In this document: one piece after another, positions 18,403-27,650 of the stretch
How the letters are laid out: each line of letters opens with the position of its first letter
Position numbering within the stretch: position 1 is the stretch's first letter
Origin: Candidatus Omnitrophota bacterium
Lineage (GTDB): Bacteria > Omnitrophota > Gorgyraeia > Gygaellales > Profunditerraquicolaceae
Length of the DNA stretch: 64,000 bases
Assembly: GCA_018825985.1 (NCBI GenBank)
Contig: JAHKAP010000077.1
Location: forward strand, 566 to 64,565
Direction: 5' to 3'
Made by a program: the position numbers and the translations under genes
The notes under the pieces: generated by a model
Told to the model about the DNA's origin: nothing
Database searches by the model: none
The model's input: the letters and a program-made list of their open reading frames with translations, nothing else

Positions 18403-19425
18403 CTATACCTTCGTATTTTTCACTTGTTCTATCACGTCATCAACGGTAATTACCTTCATGCAGCGATTATCCGGACAATCAACCTCATAGCAGGGAGTAC
18501 GGCACCCGATATCTTTTTTAATGATAATCGTACTGGCTCCCGGATTTGGCCCGGTAATTAATGGAGAGGTTGGGCCGAATAACCCGATAATCTTTTTAGA
18601 GCCTATAGCATTGGCAATATGTAACGGCCCGCTATCCGCGCTAATGAAACAATCCAGTCTTTTAAAAAGAGCTGCCAATTGTTTTAGACTCAATAGCCCG
18701 CAGGCAATTATCGGTTCACTTGATAGCTGAGCCTGAATATCCATGACCAAGCCCCGATCTTCCGGGCCTCCGGTCACTACAACCTTAGCGTGGGATTCTT
18801 TGATCAATCTTTCGATCAAAACAACCCATGATTCTTTAGGCCAGCGCTTAGGCAACCAATTCCCCCCCGGGTTAACCCCTATCAGAAAATCTTCTCTTTT
18901 AATTCCATTTTTATTTGTAAAATATTCGATGAATTTATTGTCTTCTTCATTTATAAAAAATTCAGTATACCTATCCTCCGCCTTAAACCCTGCCTTTTGT
19001 ATTATATTCAGATAATAATCTATGCGATGAACCCGGTCCCTATCCGCAGGCGTTATCCTTTTGGTCAGGAGAAACCCGAGTTTTTTGGTATCATAGCCTA
19101 TCCTTTCAGGTATTCCGGCAAGATAACAGATCAATGCCCTGGTTAAAGAACGATGCAATAAAAATACCAGGCTGAATTTACCGGCCTTAAGAGACCTGAT
19201 AAAAGCAATCTTTCCCCAAAAACCGGAGTGCTTTACTTTTTCGTCAAAAATTATGATTTCATCCAGGTGAGGATTACCTTTTAATACCGGATAACAGCGG
19301 GGCGGGATAACGCAAGCGATAATGGCGTCGGGGAAATTATAACGGATGTTCCTGATCGTAGCGGTAGAAAACAAAACATCACCCAGCCAATTAACATTAA
19401 ATATCAGGATCCTTTTAGTAGCCAT
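18403..19425 (-). CDS. GT9 ADP-heptose:LPS heptosyltransferase (WaaC/WaaF family)
   Basis: ILIFNVNWLGDVLFSTATIRNIRYNFP N-terminus, 340 aa. Confidence 0.8.
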   Translation of the reverse strand: MATKRILIFNVNWLGDVLFSTATIRNIRYNFPDAIIACVIPPRCYPVLKGNPHLDEIIIFDEKVKHSGFWGKIAFIRSLKAGKFSLVFLLHRSLTRALICYLAGIPERIGYDTKKLGFLLTKRITPADRDRVHRIDYYLNIIQKAGFKAEDRYTEFFINEEDNKFIEYFTNKNGIKREDFLIGVNPGGNWLPKRWPKESWVVLIERLIKESHAKVVVTGGPEDRGLVMDIQAQLSSEPIIACGLLSLKQLAALFKRLDCFISADSGPLHIANAIGSKKIIGLFGPTSPLITGPNPGASTIIIKKDIGCRTPCYEVDCPDNRCMKVITVDDVIEQVKNTKV

Positions 19426-20233
19426 TGCGCTTTTCTTTCATAAAAGCATAGTAGCCTGAAGACTGTACCCAAAAGATAAACAGGTTCCCGGCCTTATCAG
19501 AGATCCTTATACGTTTCAATGCAAAAACGTCATCACCGGGAAAATTCCTCCCCGGAGAAGTGGCTACTGCCGCTTTATATCCGGCTTCTTTAACCAATTC
19601 TTTAACCCGTTGATTGAAAAAACCTTTAGGGTAACAAAAAGTATTTATTGGCCGGCCCAGCCTTTCCTCCAATATTTTTTTAGAACTTAAGATTTCTTTT
19701 CTTAACTCATCTTCAGACCTGATTTCCGTAAGCACATGATGGCTTAAGGTGTGGCTGCCGAAGTTAATCAAGCCCGAATCCTGCATCAAAATTACATCCT
19801 CCCAGTTTAATTTATCACCTAAGCCCACTTTATTTCCTATTTCGTCGGTAATAAGAAATATGGTAGCCGGAAGGTTATATTTTTTTAATACCGGAAAGGC
19901 GTAGGTATAATTATCCCAATAGCCGTCATCAAAGGTTATAGCTAATGTTTTAGGAGGTATTTTTCTTTTTTCTTTTATCATCTCTCCTATCTCTACCAGC
20001 GAGACTACATTATAATTCCTCTCTTTCAGGAAACGCATCTGGCGCTCGAATGATCTTGTTGAAACAATCAACCTCGCGCCCCGGGGTACTTCAGGCCTCA
20101 CCGCATGATACATAAGTATGGGCACTATGTAATTTTTACGGAGATAGCCGATATAACTTATGATCAGATACGCTGATACCAAAAATAATGTTATTCCGGC
20201 TATTAATATTCTTAAGGTCTTGCGCTTAAACAT
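19415..20233 (-). CDS. polysaccharide deacetylase (NodB homology domain)
   Basis: An N-terminal TM helix, then TFDDGY and ATIFLITDEIG motifs. Confidence 0.75.
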   Translation of the reverse strand: MFKRKTLRILIAGITLFLVSAYLIISYIGYLRKNYIVPILMYHAVRPEVPRGARLIVSTRSFERQMRFLKERNYNVVSLVEIGEMIKEKRKIPPKTLAITFDDGYWDNYTYAFPVLKKYNLPATIFLITDEIGNKVGLGDKLNWEDVILMQDSGLINFGSHTLSHHVLTEIRSEDELRKEILSSKKILEERLGRPINTFCYPKGFFNQRVKELVKEAGYKAAVATSPGRNFPGDDVFALKRIRISDKAGNLFIFWVQSSGYYAFMKEKRNGY

Positions 20234-21318
20234 TCCCGGTATACCTCCTCTGTACGAACGACCATCCTTTCTAATGAAAATTTATTTTTTATAAAGTCGC
20301 TGGCCTTGGCCCCTAAAGATTCTCTTTTAAGAGGATCAGAAAACAGCTCTGATATAGCCTGAGCCAGGCTATTTTCATCGGCTGGTTTTACCAAAATTCC
20401 GTTCTCTCTATCCCGGATCAGGCTTTTGATTCCGCCTACATCAGTTCCTATTACTGCCAGGCCGCAGGCCATTGCCTCCATTAAACCCAGTCCCAACCCT
20501 TCTTTTAATGAAGGTAGAACAAAAACATCCATTGCAGATAATACTTCCCGGGTATCAGTAACGTTGGCTAAGAAAATAACGCTATCTGTCAGATCAAGCT
20601 CCCGGGTAAGCCTTAATAGATCATTTTTTATTTTTCCTTCTCCGACGATTAAAAGCTGGGCTTCAGGGAATTTAAGCTTCGCCTGCCTAATCGCGCGAAT
20701 CAAATAAATATGGCCTTTTACATTCGAAAGCCTGGCTACGATTCCGGCCACCGGGCCTTTCTTTAAACCAAGTCTCTTCCTGGCGTCTTCTTTAATCTTT
20801 AAACTCTGGATTTTAAACTTATCAACGTCTATTCCATTATTTACCAGCCTGATCTGTTCTTTTTTTAAACCGAAATCCCGGATTAAATGTTCCTCTACCT
20901 GCTCGCTTATAGCGATGACCTTATCTCCCCAGCAGGGAAAAATCCTGCGGGATAACCTGTTTTTGAAAAAACCATGGCAGGTTGTTACGTGAGCTATATG
21001 GCTGTATTTTTTAACTAAACAACCCAGTACCTGGGTTACCCGGGTATGAGAATGAATAATATCTATATGATTATCTTCAATATAAGGCTGCAGGCGGAAT
21101 AGGCTGGATAATATCTTAAAAAAATCAGCTTCGGACTTGGTCTTAATCGGGATAGAAAGAAAATCAACGCCTAAACCTTTAAATTCGTCCAGCAATTCCC
21201 CAGAGCTGGAGGCCAAATAAATATTATGCCCCTTGTCTTTTAAACCCTTACTCAGGGATAAAAGATAGCTGGAGATCCCTCCGGTATTAAGATGGGTGGA
21301 AAGAAATAATATATTCAT
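20212..21318 (-). CDS. GT4 family glycosyltransferase
   Basis: A GT-B fold with a C-terminal EGLGLGLMEAMACGLAVIGTDVGG motif, 368 aa. Confidence 0.8.
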   Translation of the reverse strand: MNILFLSTHLNTGGISSYLLSLSKGLKDKGHNIYLASSSGELLDEFKGLGVDFLSIPIKTKSEADFFKILSSLFRLQPYIEDNHIDIIHSHTRVTQVLGCLVKKYSHIAHVTTCHGFFKNRLSRRIFPCWGDKVIAISEQVEEHLIRDFGLKKEQIRLVNNGIDVDKFKIQSLKIKEDARKRLGLKKGPVAGIVARLSNVKGHIYLIRAIRQAKLKFPEAQLLIVGEGKIKNDLLRLTRELDLTDSVIFLANVTDTREVLSAMDVFVLPSLKEGLGLGLMEAMACGLAVIGTDVGGIKSLIRDRENGILVKPADENSLAQAISELFSDPLKRESLGAKASDFIKNKFSLERMVVRTEEVYRECLSARP

Positions 21319-23405
21319 TACAACAGCTTATTTACCGCCTCCAGGACCTCTTCCCAGGTTATAGAGTTCATGCATTTTTGTTTCTTGCATTTAGATCTGT
21401 AACAGGGAGAACAAGGCAAGTCTTTTTTAATAACAGTATATTTCTTAGCCGGAGGCAAATGCCTCTTGGGGTCTGTCGGCCCGAACAAAGCTATAAAAGG
21501 CGTACCCACACAACTGGCAATATGCATCGGCGCTGAATCCATAGATATATACACGCCGCATTTAGCGATCAAACAGGCGAGTTGATTAATAGTGGTTTTC
21601 CCGCAGGCATTAATAGGTTTTGCGCCCTTTATTGCATTAATCAAATTGCCGGCCTGATCCAGGTCCTCTTGCGCTCCGGTAATAACCACCCGCGTATCCT
21701 GACGGCTCAGTTCATCGCATAATCTGGCTATTTTGGATATCGGCCAAATCTTAGTGGCCCATCTGGCGCTGGCGCTTATATTTATACCCACGATCTTCTG
21801 ATTTAAGCTCAACCACTCCGCACCTAAGAATTCGTTTATATAACGCTCATCTTCGGGGCTAGGCCAGAGTTCCAGGCGAGTGTCTTTCAACTCAATATCC
21901 AGCATCTTTAATATCCTGAACTGATGAGAAACCGGGTCCATTGCCCGCAGATTATCTTTGATCTTATGATTTAATAAAAATCCGAATTTTTTATTATCAT
22001 AACCATACTGATCAAAAGCCAGGGTCAGGCGGGAGAGTATGTGGCTATTACGGTTATTCTGCAAATCAATAACCTTATCAAAATTCTTTCTCCTTAAGTA
22101 CCCCCCCAATTTTAAAAGCCCCCTTAATCCCTTATCCCTGTTTTTAAGATCGCAGACCAAAAGTTCGTCAATATATGGGCAGCGCAAAAGTATACTTTTC
22201 GATTCCTCGCCGACCAGAAAACTGATCTTATAATTTGGCCCGAATTTCTCCCTTATCGCCCGGATCGCCGCAGTAGTAAGTATCACATCTCCCAGGGAAC
22301 TGAATTTAATGACCAGAATCCTGAAATTCGCCAGGGCTTCCCGGTAAACATCAAGTGTATTCTTTACCATCAGCTCTATATTATATTTTTCCTTAACTCT
22401 TTTATAGGCATTCTCAGCGAGCCTGGCAGCCATCTCCTTATCCTGAAAAATCTTAATTACCGCATCTGACATGGCTTGGGGATCAGCCGGAGGAACTAAT
22501 AATCCATTGGCTTTATCCTCGATAATATCGACCACTCCCCCTACCGAAGTTGCCACCACCGGAACACCGCTGGCCTGGGCTTCAATAATGACCCTGCCAA
22601 AGGCTTCATGGGTAGTAGTGGCTAAAACCAAAACATCCAGGTTTTTCATGATCGCCGGGATATCTTTCTGAGTGCCTAAAAATTCAGTACAATGCCAAAG
22701 CCCGAGCCTTTTTACTAATACCTTTAATTCGTCTTTATAAGCCTCCTTGGAAACCGGGGCATCCCCGACGATCCAGATCTTCAGCCTAGGGATCAAACGC
22801 TGGACCTTGGCCATGGCTTTAATAAAATGCAGGTGGCCTTTGATAGGAGTAATCCTTCCGATTATACCGATATGAAAATCATTGCCTTTTTTTTCCGAGA
22901 GCGAGCTATATTTAAATTTATCCAGGTCTACGCTGCGGGGTATCAGCCTAACCTTATCACGGGGCACCAGGAAATCATCGATCATGTGCCTGGCTATAAC
23001 ATTGCTAATAACAATGACTCTTTTCCCCCATCCCATAACCTGGCTAAAAATATGTTTCTTATAATAGCCATGGCATGTAGTTATAAAAATGGCTCTGGCC
23101 CTGCGGCTGGCAAAATAAGCGATCCAGGCCGGAACCCGGGAACGGGCGTGGACAATCTCTATATTCTCTTTTTTGATTATTTCAGATAATTTGGGTATCA
23201 GCCGGAGAGCATTGAATAATGATTTCTTGTGCACCGGCAGCTGGTAATGAAGAGCGCCGCTGGATTCGATCTCCCGGACCAGGTCTCCGCCGTTAGAAAT
23301 AACCACCACCTTATGGCCAAGCTTAACCAGCGAACGGGTTAAGTCCACTACACCAGTCTCCACTCCGCCTACATTTAATTCCGGCAACACCTGAAGTATA
23401 TTCAT
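21318..23405 (-). CDS. GT4-GT9 two-domain glycosyltransferase fusion
   Basis: An N-terminal GT4 domain (ILQVLPELNVGGVETGVVDL ... EAFGRVIIEAQASGVPVVATSVGG), then a GT9 domain (ILVIKFSSLGDVILTTAAIRAIREKFG). 695 aa. Confidence 0.75.
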   Translation of the reverse strand: MNILQVLPELNVGGVETGVVDLTRSLVKLGHKVVVISNGGDLVREIESSGALHYQLPVHKKSLFNALRLIPKLSEIIKKENIEIVHARSRVPAWIAYFASRRARAIFITTCHGYYKKHIFSQVMGWGKRVIVISNVIARHMIDDFLVPRDKVRLIPRSVDLDKFKYSSLSEKKGNDFHIGIIGRITPIKGHLHFIKAMAKVQRLIPRLKIWIVGDAPVSKEAYKDELKVLVKRLGLWHCTEFLGTQKDIPAIMKNLDVLVLATTTHEAFGRVIIEAQASGVPVVATSVGGVVDIIEDKANGLLVPPADPQAMSDAVIKIFQDKEMAARLAENAYKRVKEKYNIELMVKNTLDVYREALANFRILVIKFSSLGDVILTTAAIRAIREKFGPNYKISFLVGEESKSILLRCPYIDELLVCDLKNRDKGLRGLLKLGGYLRRKNFDKVIDLQNNRNSHILSRLTLAFDQYGYDNKKFGFLLNHKIKDNLRAMDPVSHQFRILKMLDIELKDTRLELWPSPEDERYINEFLGAEWLSLNQKIVGINISASARWATKIWPISKIARLCDELSRQDTRVVITGAQEDLDQAGNLINAIKGAKPINACGKTTINQLACLIAKCGVYISMDSAPMHIASCVGTPFIALFGPTDPKRHLPPAKKYTVIKKDLPCSPCYRSKCKKQKCMNSITWEEVLEAVNKLL

Positions 23406-23414
23406 TTTATTTGA

Positions 23415-25382
23415 TTAAATCACCCTGCGTAAAGCATCCTTTACGATCTGTCTATCTTTAAGTATATTTATAACCGGTTTATCGCGGAACAGCCTGATAA
23501 TAAGTGACGATATCCCTGCGGGTTCGCAAAAATAAATATACCTTTTGTCCGCCATATAATTTAGGAATTTTCTATGCCTGGAATCAACCTTAGATCCAAA
23601 AACCACAACATAACGGTTGCTAGAGGCGGCTTCAGAAATCATAGATATGCTTTCTGCTGATACCAGAACTACCTCACTTAAAGCCAGGATACCGCCGACT
23701 GCCTCTGGCACATTATCCTCATTGGCGATTATCAAAAGCTTAGTAAATGAAAAACCCGCTAATTCACCCCTTACAACCTTCTCAACCTTACCGGAAGTCC
23801 GGCGGGAAGTAGTAGCCAGGATATCCGCATTAAGCTTGGAAGAAACTGATTTTAGTTCTTTAATCACCTCTGCGACATCGTTTTTATCTAAGCTGAAATC
23901 TTTGGTATCTCCTCCTATTAACAAACCGATAACAGGATTTTTGCTCCGGGCTGTGGGCTGCGGGCTCTGGGCAACTGATTTCAGCCGCATTAAAAGAGCC
24001 TGGGATTGCTGGTTTAAGTATTCTTCATCAATCAGATTTAAGGCCCCTTCAGTGATCACGATATTTCTTGCCGGGCGCGGATTATCGTGTCTGGGGATCA
24101 GAGCCAAATCAAATTTTTTTTTATTCATGCCCGCAGGACGCATAATAACCAAGGACTTAGCTTGGTTTTCTGAAGAAAGTATCAAATTTACCGGGGCCAG
24201 GAAAGAACCGCAGGAAATAATAATATCGGGCTTTATCCTGACGGCAGCGGCAAAACTATCTTTTTTTAAAAAATACTTCAGACACCTTAGGCACCCCTGA
24301 CAACTATACTTATCGCTTAAGGAACTACCGGCCAATATTGCTAAACGGGACAACTTACTTTTAAATTCCACCGTTAGCATTCGTAAGTTAACCGATATAT
24401 TTTTTTCTTTAAGCAATTCCTGCAAAGCTTTGGCTAAAGCCTGCGACTGCCTGAGATGGCCGGTTTTAGCATCGCTTAAGATTAAAATATTCCTTTCGTC
24501 GGAATATTTCCAGATTTTATACGTCCACAGATAATCTAAGGGGTACTGACGGATAGAATCTTCAAAAATAGCTACCAGGCGCTGGAGGTTATCCCGGACG
24601 TCTAATTCCTGGTCATCGCTCCTTCTTATCTCAAAAGGAGGCTTTAATGTTAATTTTAAATTTGGCCCCTGGATACGAGTAGTATAAACAGGAATTATTG
24701 TAGCATCATATTTTAAAGCCAGGCGTACGGCACCGCTTGGCATTGAAGCGTTCCTGCTGAAAAACTTAACCTGGGTGCCAGATTTACCTCCCTGGTCAAC
24801 AGTCATACCGACCGACTGATTTTCTCTTAATATTGAAATGAGTTGCTTTAGCTGGTTTTCGCGCTTGATCAGCCTGCATCCCTTTTGTTGACGGTAACTA
24901 TTTAAAAGCCGGTTCATCAATGGGTATTTCTGATCCTGCACAAACATATAGAAAGGTATGCCGGCATTCGCCGAAATAATATTGGACAGTTCCCAGCTGC
25001 CTTCATGCATTCCGACAAAGATTATACCTTTGCCTCTTTTAAAACCTGTCTGGATATGCTCCAACCCTTCAATAGTTATATATTTATCAAAATAATCCTT
25101 GTCGATTAAAGGTATAAGAAAAACTTCCATCAAGCACTGAAAAAACCTGCGCAAAGAACCCCTGGCTATCCGAGAAAATTCTTCCGGCTCTTTTCTGTCG
25201 GCAAAGGCAGCGCGGATATTCGAATAAGCTACTCTCCTGCGCTTGGCAGCAATCAAATAATATATATCCCCCAATATCGCGCCCAGGGAAAAAACCGTTC
25301 TTCCGGGGAGGATTCTTAAAACCGGGCCCAGCGTTTTAATCAGGCAATATCCCAGATAATCTGCTACAGAATGTTTGTTCAT
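23415..25382 (-). CDS. lipid A late acyltransferase (LpxL/HtrB family) fused to ELM1/DUF1022-like C-terminal domain
   Basis: The N-terminal half carries the LPLAT HX4E motif (VGMHEGSWEL) and LpxL-like topology. The C-terminal ~300 aa (ILILSDAKTGHLRQSQALAKAL...) resemble ELM1-type putative GT-B proteins. 655 aa. Confidence 0.55.
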   Translation of the reverse strand: MNKHSVADYLGYCLIKTLGPVLRILPGRTVFSLGAILGDIYYLIAAKRRRVAYSNIRAAFADRKEPEEFSRIARGSLRRFFQCLMEVFLIPLIDKDYFDKYITIEGLEHIQTGFKRGKGIIFVGMHEGSWELSNIISANAGIPFYMFVQDQKYPLMNRLLNSYRQQKGCRLIKRENQLKQLISILRENQSVGMTVDQGGKSGTQVKFFSRNASMPSGAVRLALKYDATIIPVYTTRIQGPNLKLTLKPPFEIRRSDDQELDVRDNLQRLVAIFEDSIRQYPLDYLWTYKIWKYSDERNILILSDAKTGHLRQSQALAKALQELLKEKNISVNLRMLTVEFKSKLSRLAILAGSSLSDKYSCQGCLRCLKYFLKKDSFAAAVRIKPDIIISCGSFLAPVNLILSSENQAKSLVIMRPAGMNKKKFDLALIPRHDNPRPARNIVITEGALNLIDEEYLNQQSQALLMRLKSVAQSPQPTARSKNPVIGLLIGGDTKDFSLDKNDVAEVIKELKSVSSKLNADILATTSRRTSGKVEKVVRGELAGFSFTKLLIIANEDNVPEAVGGILALSEVVLVSAESISMISEAASSNRYVVVFGSKVDSRHRKFLNYMADKRYIYFCEPAGISSLIIRLFRDKPVINILKDRQIVKDALRRVI

Positions 25383-26424
25383 TTTTTATAATCTTCAATT
25401 CTATCGCCAGGATCAGAAAACTTAACCCTTGGCACTTATCCATTATACCTAAGCCTGAAAGTCTGACTGCATCTTTTTCAGTAGTAACGATAGCGCTAAC
25501 ACCAAGGCGCTTTGCCTGGTTAATAATATTACCCAGGTCTTGGCGGGTATAATTATGGTGATCGGAAAATTTAAAAGATAAACCTATCTTAGCCTCTAAC
25601 CTAATAATTAATTCCTCAAATGAATCGGGATCGCCAATTCCTGAAAAAACAACAACATTTTTATCTTTAATCGAATCCAGACCCAATAATTGATCATCAT
25701 TACCAAAGAGATAGAAGCCTTTTGGTTGATGCGCCGATTCGAAAATCTCCGCCCGGGAATTAATTCTGGCCAAAAAATCCTTAATATCTTGGATGTCCGG
25801 ATTCAGATTGACCTTGGTTATTACAAAGATGTCGGCGCGCTTAAGCGCAGAAATAGGCTCACGCAGCATCCCCCGGGGTAAACAATGAAAATTACCAAAG
25901 GGGTCGGTAGCGTCTATAACTACAATCTCTAAATCTTTCTTGATCCCCCACTGTTGAAAACCATCATCCAATATAACCATACCGGTTTTATACACCTGGC
26001 AGGCTGTTTTAGCGGACCTGGTCCGGTCAGGTCCTACTATAACCGGGATATTCAACTTTTTGGATAACATATAAGGCTCATCGCCCATAGTAGCGTAGCT
26101 GGAAGCTATGAGCTGAGAGTTAACAGCCTGACCCTTGGCAAGCTTTTTGTAGCCACGGGTTAAAATAGCTATTTTCTTTCCTTTTGATTTAAAAAAACGG
26201 GCAATAAACTCAACTAAGCAGGTCTTACCTGTTCCTCCTAAGGTAATATTGCCAACGCTGATAACTCTGCAACCCAGGCTGGTTTGTCTTAAACTATTTA
26301 AAACAACTAAAATCCTGATAATTAGGCCATATATAATTGCCAGGATAAACAAAAAGAACCTGATTAACCCAGGGACTAAACCCCTGTGTTTACCGATAAT
26401 TATGTTATAAAGATACCTTTTCAT
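25336..26424 (-). CDS. lpxK: tetraacyldisaccharide 4'-kinase
   Basis: P-loop GNITLGGTGKTCLVEFIARF and LpxK length. Its 3' end overlaps the downstream gene by 47 nt. Confidence 0.85.
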   Translation of the reverse strand: MKRYLYNIIIGKHRGLVPGLIRFFLFILAIIYGLIIRILVVLNSLRQTSLGCRVISVGNITLGGTGKTCLVEFIARFFKSKGKKIAILTRGYKKLAKGQAVNSQLIASSYATMGDEPYMLSKKLNIPVIVGPDRTRSAKTACQVYKTGMVILDDGFQQWGIKKDLEIVVIDATDPFGNFHCLPRGMLREPISALKRADIFVITKVNLNPDIQDIKDFLARINSRAEIFESAHQPKGFYLFGNDDQLLGLDSIKDKNVVVFSGIGDPDSFEELIIRLEAKIGLSFKFSDHHNYTRQDLGNIINQAKRLGVSAIVTTEKDAVRLSGLGIMDKCQGLSFLILAIELKIIKNEQTFCSRLSGILPD

Positions 26425-26444
26425 AAACGCTTAACCCCCTAGGG

Positions 26445-26473
26445 ATTATACCGCCAAAAACATAAAACCCCAA
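26445..26473 (-). promoter_or_regulatory. candidate sigma70 promoter for the lpxK/LPS cluster (TTGGGG-N17-TATAAT)
   Basis: On the minus strand, a -10 TATAAT (26445-26450) and a -35 TTGGGG (26468-26473) with a 17-nt spacer, followed by the RBS AGGGGG and the lpxK ATG. Confidence 0.35.
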
Positions 26474-26491
26474 GCCTTTTTGCCTAAGGGA

Positions 26492-26558
26492 GAAAAAATG
26501 GGGTCAGAATTATTTTTTCTAGCACGCAGGCTAAAGAAAAAATAATTCTGACCCCATT
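26492..26558 (-). terminator. intrinsic terminator hairpin (24-bp perfect stem + U-tract) downstream of trpD
   Basis: aatggggtcagaattattttttct pairs with agaaaaaataattctgaccccatt around a 14-nt loop, followed on the minus strand by TTTTT. Confidence 0.6.
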
Positions 26559-26576
26559 CCCCCCCATTTCTGGAGT

Positions 26577-27641
26577 CTATTGATTGCTGAACTTGATTAA
26601 ATCTTCCAGCTTCTTTAAGGCGTTTTTGCTGTCTATGGATTTGCGGGCAATCTCTACCCCTTGTTTGAAATCTTGGGCAGCCCCGGCAGCCAGAAATCCG
26701 GCAGCGGCATTCATCAAAACCACATCCCTCTTAGGCCCTAATTCCTGCCCACTTAAGATATCCAAGATTATCCGGGCATTCTCCCGGGCATCGCCTCCCT
26801 TTATATCTTCCAGTTTAGCCTTTTTTAAACCGAATTCCTCAGGTTCAACATAAAAAGTCTTTATTTCGCCATTTTTTAACTGCGATATCCTGGTCTTTCC
26901 GATAATACTAATCTCATCCAGGCTGCCTTCTCCGTAAAATACTAATGCTGATTTTGTCCCTAAATTATTTAAAACCGCGGCTAGTTTTTCAGTCAGATCC
27001 GGGTTATAAACCCCTAGAACCTGGACATTTGCTGAAGCGGGATTAGTCAAAGGGCCCAGTATATTAAATATAGTCCGGATACCGATTTCTTTCCTGGGAA
27101 CCAAGGCATGCTTCATCGCGCTGTGATATAAAGGGGCATAAAGAAATCCGATCCCAACTTTTTCAATGCACTCCTTAACCTTCTCCGGCTGAATATCGAT
27201 ATTAATCCCCAGGGAGCTAATTACATCGGCGCTTCCGCAAAGGCTGGATACTGAACGGTTGCCGTGTTTAGCAACCAAAAAGTTCGCTCCGGCAACCACA
27301 AAAGCCGTAGCAGTGGAGATATTAAAAGTCTTAGTCCCATCTCCGCCTGTGCCACAAGTATCAATAATAGTCTCATAATCAAGGTTGATCTCATCCCGGT
27401 CAATATCTACAATACTTATATTCGCTTTATCAATCTTGATCTTAACAGCTCTCTCCCGCATTACCAGGGCGGCGCCAGTAATCTCTTCCACGGTCTCTGA
27501 CTTCATCCGCAAAGCAGTGATAAATGAGGCTATCTGGGACACAGTAGCTATACCATCCATGATCTCACGCATTACCGCAACCGCTTCTATTTTGGTCAGG
27601 TTCTCGCCTTTAACCGCTTTCTCGATCATCTCTTTAATCAT
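26577..27641 (-). CDS. trpD: anthranilate phosphoribosyltransferase
   Basis: [20 protein letters not shown] and [16 protein letters not shown] motifs, 354 aa. No other trp genes are adjacent. Confidence 0.85.
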   Translation of the reverse strand: MIKEMIEKAVKGENLTKIEAVAVMREIMDGIATVSQIASFITALRMKSETVEEITGAALVMRERAVKIKIDKANISIVDIDRDEINLDYETIIDTCGTGGDGTKTFNISTATAFVVAGANFLVAKHGNRSVSSLCGSADVISSLGINIDIQPEKVKECIEKVGIGFLYAPLYHSAMKHALVPRKEIGIRTIFNILGPLTNPASANVQVLGVYNPDLTEKLAAVLNNLGTKSALVFYGEGSLDEISIIGKTRISQLKNGEIKTFYVEPEEFGLKKAKLEDIKGGDARENARIILDILSGQELGPKRDVVLMNAAAGFLAAGAAQDFKQGVEIARKSIDSKNALKKLEDLIKFSNQ

Positions 27642-27650
27642 TTCCCACCC

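Noticed and set aside
23617-24300. A 227-aa plus-strand ORF antisense to the LpxL-ELM1 gene, and other 60-200 aa plus-strand ORFs in the track (e.g. 9332-9547, 12024-12448, 13039-13926, 17440-18024, 27264-27663, 40759-41139, 41868-42224, 48467-48871, 57838-58185, 58600-59004, 59844-60194)
   Set aside because: All are embedded antisense in conserved, motif-bearing minus-strand genes. They are Ser/Pro/Leu-rich, as is typical of antisense reading frames, and none has recognisable domains.
25336-25382. 47-nt overlap between lpxK 3' end and the downstream acyltransferase gene as a programmed frameshift or fusion
   Set aside because: This is more simply explained by an over-extended start call of the downstream ORF. 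There is no slippery sequence.
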